A DNA stretch of 46,969 nucleotides, from the NCBI GenBank assembly GCA_028696515.1, contig JAQVGX010000001.1:1-46969 (forward strand). The letters are read 5' to 3'. A model generated the notes under the pieces. It made no database searches, was not told the DNA's origin, and worked only from the letters and a program-made list of their open reading frames with translations. The DNA is from Candidatus Dojkabacteria bacterium (GTDB lineage Bacteria > Patescibacteriota > Dojkabacteria > JAHIVN01). Positions 8,552 to 15,890 of the stretch are shown piece by piece. A program made the position numbers and the translations under genes. Positions within the stretch are counted from its first letter, which is position 1. Each line of letters begins with the position of its first letter.

Positions 8552-9070
8552 ATGTCAAATATTTACCACATATTCAGATCAGACCTCGAGGGATATGTTT
8601 TGTATCCTCTGAATCAATTGAAAAGTAAATTTCCAAAAGCCTACAAAAAACAGGTTGAGAAATACGAAGGAAGAGAGGAATTGATGAAACGGAAAATCCC
8701 AATCTTGAATTGCCTATGGAATGACGTTATTCACTTAAGCCCGGTTAACCCGCAAAAAATCAAAGAAGCACTACAGGAGGCTGGATGTAATTATAAACAA
8801 ATGAGCTACTGGGTAATTGACAGTTACAAATTGAATCCCCAAAATACTGTCGTCTTTCTTTATACTTCAGATGAAGGATATTTAAAAGAAGATTTTATTC
8901 CTTACTCTCCTGAGTTAGTGAATAAATACAATAAAGTTCCTCATGCTTCAAGAAGCTATTTTAAAAGTTGTGCCAAAGAGAAAAGAAAGCCTTTGTTTTT
9001 CCATAGAATTCCTCACGTGTTGTACAAGGGAACAATCGATACTAGGGATCTTGAAACATTAAAAATTTAA
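8552..9070 (+). CDS. Conserved hypothetical protein
   Basis: 172 aa from ATG 8552 (MSNIYHIF...). Compact globular composition. Function unknown. Confidence 0.45.
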   Translation: MSNIYHIFRSDLEGYVLYPLNQLKSKFPKAYKKQVEKYEGREELMKRKIPILNCLWNDVIHLSPVNPQKIKEALQEAGCNYKQMSYWVIDSYKLNPQNTVVFLYTSDEGYLKEDFIPYSPELVNKYNKVPHASRSYFKSCAKEKRKPLFFHRIPHVLYKGTIDTRDLETLKI

Positions 9071-9086
9071 ATATTATTTATAACTT

Positions 9087-9392
9087 ATGGTCATCCTCTA
9101 TATCACTCTCAACAACGATGATGAAGCCAGAAAGGTAGGGTACAAGCTACTTGAGATGAATCTGGCGAACTGTGTCAACTTCTTCCCCATAACATGCATC
9201 TATAATTATAAGGGAAAACTAGAGGAGGAAGGAGAAACAGTCCTAATCGTAAAAACTAAAAAAAGCAAGTTCGAAGAGATAGAAAAAGTCATAAAATCAG
9301 TGATAGATTATGATAATTTCATCGGCCAGTTTGTAGTAACAAAAGTAAACGACTCATTCTCAAGATGGATTGACCAAGTAGTAAAAGAATAA
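9087..9392 (+). CDS. cutA: CutA1 divalent-cation tolerance protein
   Basis: About 100 aa with the CutA pattern: ANCVNFFP, Y-x-Y/W-x-G-x-hydrophobic (YNYKGKL), then LIVKTKK. Confidence 0.7.
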   Translation: MVILYITLNNDDEARKVGYKLLEMNLANCVNFFPITCIYNYKGKLEEEGETVLIVKTKKSKFEEIEKVIKSVIDYDNFIGQFVVTKVNDSFSRWIDQVVKE

Positions 9393-9622
9393 TTATTACG
9401 TTTCTAAGGATCAAGGCAAGAGAACAGCCTGCTTGCCTCTGTTCAGTAAACGTAGAATGTATTATTTCATAGTACCAAACAGGTTTGAACCTGATCAATC
9501 AAGTTCAGATGCTCCCAAATAGTTCCCTTATTCCCCCTGGTGCAGGATCACACCCAGCACCAACTAAGTTTTACTTCTTTCCTTGAAATGTTATACTCCA
9601 ACTTATAACAAAAAGATAAGAT

Positions 9623-10582
9623 ATGAAACCACAAATTCTAGTCGTCGTATCGATAGCTTATGACATCATCTTTGCTATTCACGGTGATATACGAAATGAA
9701 ATCCCCCTCAAGAATGGCGCTATAGATAAAGTCAACCTCATGTTCACTGCTAAAAATAAAAATCAGTATTTCGGGGGGACAGCCGGGAACATCTCATACG
9801 GAATCGGACAGCTTGGTTCAAGCTCGATTCTTTTTTCTGTAGCCGGTGAAGATTTCGAAAGAGATTATAAGCCTCACCTTGAAAAAAATTTAACCGAACT
9901 AAAGCTTGTTATCAAAGAGAAAGAACACACAGCCACCTATTACGGTATTTCTGATGAGAAATATCAGCAGATAGGGATATGGCAGCCGAATGCATATGGC
10001 GACTGGATAGAAGAAGTATGTCTTACCGATACAATAGATGAAAAAGACCTGAATAGTGTCAAAGTTGCCATATTTTCACCTGGAACTGGGATCAGCACCC
10101 GAAACCATATAACCGAACTTCGTAAAATCAATTCTCAAGCAACAATAATATTTGACCCAAGCCAGGTTCTTTCGATATTTTACGACAAGCCACTACTAAC
10201 AGAATGCTTATCGCATTCAGATATCGTGATAGGGAACGACACCGAAATTGCCCAGTTCAAAACTATGTTTGACTTGGGTACAAAAGACCTTTTGAAGATC
10301 GGACTTAGATGCGTTATTGAAACCAAAGGAGGCGATGGATGTATTATCCACTCTTCCAAAGGCAGCACGAAAATTGATCCAGTTAAGCCAGCAAAGATTT
10401 TGGAAACAACTGGAGCCGGTGACGCTTTCAGATCAGGTTTAATTTTTGGATTGAGCAGGCAATATTCCATAGAAAAATCTTGTAAACTGGGAGCATACAT
10501 GGGAGCCAGAAGTGTTGAAGAATATTCGGGACAAATGTATACAGCAAACAAATCAATGTTGAAAACACTTAAACTTATTTAA
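9623..10582 (+). CDS. PfkB-family carbohydrate/nucleoside kinase (adenosine-kinase-like by context)
   Basis: N-terminal GG motif ([11 protein letters not shown]) and C-terminal [11 protein letters not shown] motif. It lies 16 nt upstream of ahcY. Confidence 0.8.
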   Translation: MKPQILVVVSIAYDIIFAIHGDIRNEIPLKNGAIDKVNLMFTAKNKNQYFGGTAGNISYGIGQLGSSSILFSVAGEDFERDYKPHLEKNLTELKLVIKEKEHTATYYGISDEKYQQIGIWQPNAYGDWIEEVCLTDTIDEKDLNSVKVAIFSPGTGISTRNHITELRKINSQATIIFDPSQVLSIFYDKPLLTECLSHSDIVIGNDTEIAQFKTMFDLGTKDLLKIGLRCVIETKGGDGCIIHSSKGSTKIDPVKPAKILETTGAGDAFRSGLIFGLSRQYSIEKSCKLGAYMGARSVEEYSGQMYTANKSMLKTLKLI

Positions 10583-10598
10583 CCTTTTACTATTTATC

Positions 10599-11993
10599 AT
10601 GAAAGATTTTATTGTCAAAGATCTGTCTCTCGCAAGCTGGGGACGCAAAGAGATCACACTTGCTGAGAATGAGATGCCTGGTCTTATGGCATTACGCAAG
10701 AAATATTCTAAAACAAAACCACTGAAAGGTGCACGGATTTGCGGATCTTTGCATATGACTATTCAAACAGCTGTCTTGATTGAAACACTTAAAGCATTAG
10801 GTGCAAAACTCCGCTGGGCAAGCTGCAATATTTATTCTACCCAAGATCATGCCGCTGCAGCTATAGCTAAAACCGGCATTCCTGTTTACGCTTACAAGGG
10901 GGAATCTCTTGTAGAATATTGGAACTTTGTAGACAAAACATTTACCTGGAGTGGTTTTGCAGGTCCAAATATGATCGTTGATGATGGGGGAGATGCAACA
11001 CTATTCTTACAGTGGGGTTATAAAGCAGAGGAAGACCCCAAAATATTAGACAGAAAAGCTTCAAATAAAGAAGAACAGATAATACTAAATCAGTTGAAGA
11101 AATCATTAAAGAAGGATTCAAAAAGATTTCACAAGATTGCCGAAGAGATGCGGGGTATCAGCGAGGAGACAACTACCGGCGTCCACAGACTTTATCAAAT
11201 GAGCGAAAAGAAAGAGCTGCTTGTCCCCGCTATGAATGTAAATGATTCTGTTACGAAATCAAAATTTGATAATCTCTATGGCTGCAGACATTCTGCAGTC
11301 GACGGAGTCATGAGAGCAACCGATGTTATGATCTCTGGAAAGATTGTAGTAGTTGCCGGCTACGGGGATGTAGGGAAGGGGACCGTACAAGCATTTAAAG
11401 GACAAGGAGCTAAAATAATTGTAACAGAAGTAGACCCTATTTGTGCCCTGCAGGCAGCAATGGAAGGATACACTGTAATGCCTATGGACGAAGCCTGCAG
11501 GATAGGTGACATTTTCATTACAGCTACTGGCTGCAAAGATGTTATAAGAAAAGAGCATATGCTGGGGATGAAAGATACTGCAATCATAGGCAATATCGGC
11601 CACTTCGATGCTGAAATTCAGATAGATGCTATGAGAAAATACAAGTGGATAAATATCAAACCTCAGGTTGATATGATCACGCTTCCAAATGGCAATAGGC
11701 TGATCATGTTATCAGAGGGAAGACTGCTAAACTTGGGAAATGCAACTGGCCACCCAAGCTTCGTCATGTCCAACAGCTTTACAAACCAGGTACTGGCTCA
11801 AATAGAACTCTTTACAAATTCCGGTAAATATAAACCCGGAGTATACACATTGCCCAAAAAACTTGATGAAGAGGTAGCAAGACTGCATCTAGCAAAAGTT
11901 GGTGCAAAACTTGATAAACTGACAAAAGATCAGGCAGACTATCTAGGGATACCAAAAAACGGACCTTTCAAGCCGGAACACTACAGGTACTAG
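10599..11993 (+). CDS. ahcY: Adenosylhomocysteinase
   Basis: Full-length 464 aa. [32 protein letters not shown] and the NAD fold [11 protein letters not shown] are all characteristic of SAH hydrolase. Confidence 0.95.
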   Translation: MKDFIVKDLSLASWGRKEITLAENEMPGLMALRKKYSKTKPLKGARICGSLHMTIQTAVLIETLKALGAKLRWASCNIYSTQDHAAAAIAKTGIPVYAYKGESLVEYWNFVDKTFTWSGFAGPNMIVDDGGDATLFLQWGYKAEEDPKILDRKASNKEEQIILNQLKKSLKKDSKRFHKIAEEMRGISEETTTGVHRLYQMSEKKELLVPAMNVNDSVTKSKFDNLYGCRHSAVDGVMRATDVMISGKIVVVAGYGDVGKGTVQAFKGQGAKIIVTEVDPICALQAAMEGYTVMPMDEACRIGDIFITATGCKDVIRKEHMLGMKDTAIIGNIGHFDAEIQIDAMRKYKWINIKPQVDMITLPNGNRLIMLSEGRLLNLGNATGHPSFVMSNSFTNQVLAQIELFTNSGKYKPGVYTLPKKLDEEVARLHLAKVGAKLDKLTKDQADYLGIPKNGPFKPEHYRY

Positions 11994-12086
11994 TTTGAAT
12001 TTAACTTAAATCCTAGCCAGTAGCTAGCTAATAAGCAGTAAAGCTAACAGGCCGACTAGCCAAGCTGACTAGCTCAAGAACTACCT

Positions 12087-12833
12087 ATGGAATCTATTTT
12101 TACACATCTTCTAATCCTCCTGATTGGAATAGCTACCGGCTTCGTTGATTCTACAGTTGGAAGCGGAGGACTCATTTCAGTCCCTGCACTGATTTTTGCT
12201 GGACTGCCTCCTCAAACAGCTATAGCGACAGACAGATTCGGCATGATTGGTCAGATCATAACAGCTATAGCAAAATTCTCAAAAGCGAAAAAGATAAACT
12301 GGACATATGTTCCGATTTTTACAGTTCTCGGATTCGTAGGGGCACTGGCTGGAGCGAAGATTCTACTTGATATAGAGGGAGGACACTTTAATACTATTAT
12401 TGGAATACTTCTTTTTCTTCTACTCCCTTTAGTCTTTCTCAAGAACAATCTGGGCATAAAGAAAAGAAAAACTACAAAGACTAAAAAAGCAATAGGCCTC
12501 ATAATTTATCTACTCCTTATGATATTCAGCGGCTTCTTCGGAGCCGGCGCAGGACCTATCATTCTTTATACGGTCATCTATTTTCTAGGATTTACAATAA
12601 TCGAAAGTATAGCTACCGGGATGATTCCCTGGTTCGTCCTTTCAATTTCATCCATAGTAATATTTGCAATGAATGGGATCATTGATTATCAAAAGGGAAT
12701 ATTTTTACTGATGGGCATGGCAATAGGAGGTTATCTTGGCGCACATATTGCACTTAAAAAAGGAGACATCTGGATCAAAAGACTATTTGCCATAGTAATA
12801 ATTGTATCTAGCATAAAGTTGATTTTTTCCTAG
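12087..12833 (+). CDS. TSUP (TauE/SafE) family anion exporter permease
   Basis: 7-8 hydrophobic helices. Family-typical GSGGLISVPALIF and ATDRF motifs. Confidence 0.75.
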   Translation: MESIFTHLLILLIGIATGFVDSTVGSGGLISVPALIFAGLPPQTAIATDRFGMIGQIITAIAKFSKAKKINWTYVPIFTVLGFVGALAGAKILLDIEGGHFNTIIGILLFLLLPLVFLKNNLGIKKRKTTKTKKAIGLIIYLLLMIFSGFFGAGAGPIILYTVIYFLGFTIIESIATGMIPWFVLSISSIVIFAMNGIIDYQKGIFLLMGMAIGGYLGAHIALKKGDIWIKRLFAIVIIVSSIKLIFS

Positions 12834-13020
12834 AAAGAATTTCCATCTCCAATTTTATGAATCTGTGGGTAGCTAATAAGCTGAAAAGCTGACTAGCACT
12901 TACGCTCACCCGCTCATTGGCTCATAAGCTTATTTCCATTTTACTTCTCATCATATTCACTGTTATAATTATACCCGTTCTTTCAAACACTAAACTCTAC
13001 ATTTTACATTCTACATTCTG

Positions 13021-13998
13021 ATGGATCCTATCATCGAAGTAAAAAATCTAAAAAAGTATTACAAACAACACAAAAAAGAACCTGGGTTAAAGGGTTCTAT
13101 AAAGGCTTTGTTTAAAAGAAAGTACAAGACGATCAAAGCTGTAGATGATGTCTCTTTTACTATCGATAAAGGAGAAATGGTCGGCTTCATAGGTCCGAAT
13201 GGTGCTGGGAAAACTACAACACTTAAAGTACTTTCCGGACTTCTTTATCCAACCGCCGGTGAGGCCAAAGTTCTTGGATATATCCCACACAAGCGGCAGC
13301 CCGAATATCAAAAACAATTCTCGCTTGTCATGGGTCAGAAGAATCAGCTCTGGTGGGATCTGCCTGCTATCGAATCCTTCATTCTCAATAAAGAAATCTA
13401 TGAAGTCCCAAACGAACAGTACAAAAAAACAGTAGCTGAATTATCTGAACTGCTTGATGTCAAAGATGTGCTGAAAGTGCAGGTAAGAAAACTTTCCCTT
13501 GGTCAGAGAATGAAATGTGAGCTGATAGCTGCACTGCTTCACTCCCCAAAGGTTTTATTCTTAGACGAACCGACAATAGGACTTGATGTTGTCATGCAGA
13601 AGAAGATAAGGGAATTCTTTAAAGAATATAATAAAAAGTTTGAAACAACCGTCATTTTGACTAGTCACTATATGGATGACGTGAAAGAACTGTGCAAAAG
13701 GATAATCATGATCAATAAAGGTATAGTCGTATATGATGGAAGTTTGGAAAAAATTATACAAAAATATGCAGCAAATAAATACATTAAGATGGTTTTCTTG
13801 AAAGAAGTAGCAAAAACGGATATCGCCAAATTTGGCAAGGTCGTTGAACACGAACCGCTAAAGGCAACTATATCTGTTGAGAGAAAAGAAACTCCTCACG
13901 TTGCATCTGAAGTATTGCGAAATCTTCCTGTCGATGACTTGGATATTGCTGAACCGGAACTTGACGATATCATCCGCAAACTTTTTGAGAATAAATAG
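13021..13998 (+). CDS. ABC transporter ATP-binding protein (paralogue of 728-1678, no adjacent permease)
   Basis: Walker A GPNGAGKTT, signature LSLGQR, Walker B LFLDEPTIGLD, H-loop TSHY. The N-terminal layout matches that of the first ATPase. Confidence 0.9.
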   Translation: MDPIIEVKNLKKYYKQHKKEPGLKGSIKALFKRKYKTIKAVDDVSFTIDKGEMVGFIGPNGAGKTTTLKVLSGLLYPTAGEAKVLGYIPHKRQPEYQKQFSLVMGQKNQLWWDLPAIESFILNKEIYEVPNEQYKKTVAELSELLDVKDVLKVQVRKLSLGQRMKCELIAALLHSPKVLFLDEPTIGLDVVMQKKIREFFKEYNKKFETTVILTSHYMDDVKELCKRIIMINKGIVVYDGSLEKIIQKYAANKYIKMVFLKEVAKTDIAKFGKVVEHEPLKATISVERKETPHVASEVLRNLPVDDLDIAEPELDDIIRKLFENK

Positions 13999-14039
13999 CC
14001 AATTTCTTCCTCATAAATTGTGTCTCATCCCATAAAAGA

Positions 14040-14087
14040 GTTGTCAATATAACATTTATTGACAACGAAACGACTTTGCTCTATCCT
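14040..14087 (+). promoter_or_regulatory. Sigma70-like promoter with operator-like palindrome
   Basis: Perfect 10-bp inverted repeat GTTGTCAATA (14040-14049) / TATTGACAAC (14057-14066). The right arm contains TTGACA (14059-14064). After a 17-nt spacer comes TATCCT (14082-14087), about 58 nt upstream of the 14145 ATG. Confidence 0.4.
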
Positions 14088-14144
14088 AAATTCAAGGCTC
14101 TTATGAATAGGGCTTGTTGTTGACTCCTATTTAATAGAGAAAAA

Positions 14145-15704
14145 ATGATTATTTATAAGAATTTAGAGATAAAACTATCTGTTTTAATCAGTAAACACAA
14201 GCGTGAACTTATGTTTCTTCTTCTTTTACTCTTCACGCCAGGATTATTTTTATCACCCTATATAGAAGAAACTAAAGCTGGAGCAAATCCTACAATAGAA
14301 CAACAAATTAATATTTTGAATTCACTAAATAGTGTACAAACATCTTCATATGCCCCGACAGATAATTCGTTAGGACTTATTCATTGGGACGCAGATAAAT
14401 ACGCAGGTGCTACAATATATTTCGAGGCTGTAATGGCAAATACTGCCTGGAATGGTAAGACTTATGCTACTTTGAATTCATCATCAGGAGTCGTTGTAAG
14501 CGGATCCGAAATTTATAAGTCTGGTACAGGATATGGCCGTGTGAGATCAGGGGCTCTGACACTAACAGATGATACTGATTATACTGTACGTACAAAATTT
14601 AGTACTGCAGGAGGATATATAAAAGCAGCCCGATTAATAATAGTTCAAACAGATAGTGAGAAGATTATTGATACAAGTACACTAATTGAGGTGGGAAACA
14701 CTGAAAAAGGCACAAACAGTACTGCTACAGAATTAGAGAATAGAAAAATCTATTATTACGATAGCAGTACTTTTGATCCTGCTCCTACGAGTTATTTTGA
14801 GGCAGTAGTTAAAAGTTCTGATCCTACAATAGAACAACAAATCAATATTTTGAATTCACTAAATAGTGTACAAACATCTACATATGCCCCGACAGATAAT
14901 TCGTTAGGACTTATTCATTGGGATGCAGATAAATACACAGGATCAACTGTGTATTTCGAAGCTATATTGGCTAATACAGCATGGAATGGGAATACATACG
15001 CTGCCTTGTATACATCATCTGGTACAGTCGTAAGCGGATCTGAAATTAATAAATCTGGTTCAGGTTACAGCCGGGTGAGGTCGGGAGCTCTAACACTAAC
15101 TGATGATACAGATTATTCTGTACGCACAAAATATAGTACGGCAGGTGGTTATATAAGAGCAGCACGGCTTATCATAATACAAACAAGCAGCACAAAGATA
15201 ACAGATTCTAGTACGATGATTGAGTTAGGAAATACTGAAAAACATTCAAACAATACTGCTGCAGAATTAGACAATGAGAAAATATACTATTACGATGACA
15301 GCTCCTTTAGTCCAGCACCTACTAGTTACTTCGAGGCTGGGCTTAAAACCTCTGCCCCCACCATTGAACAGCAAATTAATGTATTAGATCAGAAATTCAG
15401 TGTAGTAAGTACAAGCTATTCTCCTACGGATAATTCTCTTGGTCTTATTCATTGGGATGCAGATAAATACACAGGAGCAACTGTATACTTTGAGGCTGTG
15501 CTAGCTAATGTTGTATGGAACGGAAGTACATACGCAGCCTTGTACGAATCGTCTGGAGCAGTTGTAAGTGGATCTGAGGTTAGTATGACTGGAAATGGAT
15601 ACAGCCTTGTGAGATCTAATGCCCTAACTTTGACAGATGACACTGAGTACACCGTACGTTCGAGATTCGGTACTGCCATGGAACAATCAGTTCTGCACGA
15701 TTAA
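14145..15704 (+). CDS. Giant repeat surface protein, N-terminal segment (same gene as 15824-18778, interrupted by a frameshift)
   Basis: N-terminal hydrophobic anchor or signal (LMFLLLLLFTPGLFLSP), then three 178-aa repeats. The third repeat breaks off at ...RSRFGTA and continues in another frame. Confidence 0.75.
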   Translation: MIIYKNLEIKLSVLISKHKRELMFLLLLLFTPGLFLSPYIEETKAGANPTIEQQINILNSLNSVQTSSYAPTDNSLGLIHWDADKYAGATIYFEAVMANTAWNGKTYATLNSSSGVVVSGSEIYKSGTGYGRVRSGALTLTDDTDYTVRTKFSTAGGYIKAARLIIVQTDSEKIIDTSTLIEVGNTEKGTNSTATELENRKIYYYDSSTFDPAPTSYFEAVVKSSDPTIEQQINILNSLNSVQTSTYAPTDNSLGLIHWDADKYTGSTVYFEAILANTAWNGNTYAALYTSSGTVVSGSEINKSGSGYSRVRSGALTLTDDTDYSVRTKYSTAGGYIRAARLIIIQTSSTKITDSSTMIELGNTEKHSNNTAAELDNEKIYYYDDSSFSPAPTSYFEAGLKTSAPTIEQQINVLDQKFSVVSTSYSPTDNSLGLIHWDADKYTGATVYFEAVLANVVWNGSTYAALYESSGAVVSGSEVSMTGNGYSLVRSNALTLTDDTEYTVRSRFGTAMEQSVLHD

Positions 15705-15890
15705 TAATTGTTCAAACAGATAGCACTAAGATTGATAATAGCAGTACACAAATAGAAATCGGAAATTATCAAACCGGAATTACAGATACCTCTTTTGTTT
15801 CTTTAACTGATGGGAAAATCTATATGTACGACCAAGATAAATACAATCCAAGTCCGGAGACTTCGGGAGATGTCTCATTTGAATCGACTT
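14289..15890 (+). repeat. Three tandem 534-bp (178-aa) coding repeats
   Basis: The unit starts CCTACAATAGAACAACAAAT at 14289 and 14823, and as CCCACCATTGAACAGCAAAT at 15357. The first ~115 nt of units 1 and 2 differ at only a few positions. Confidence 0.9.

Noticed and set aside
9393-9622. SAH riboswitch upstream of the kinase-ahcY operon
   Set aside because: The context is right, but I could not find the conserved SAH-element strings (for example GAGGAGCG ... GGCUC ... GCGCC). Only generic hairpins are present.
15647-15704. Programmed -1 ribosomal frameshifting at the two split surface genes (here and at 36815-36831)
   Set aside because: There is no X XXY YYZ heptamer in the correct phase at either site. 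A AAT TTC near 36817 is out of phase with the zero frame. No obvious downstream pseudoknot is visible. Single-base deletions are the simpler explanation.
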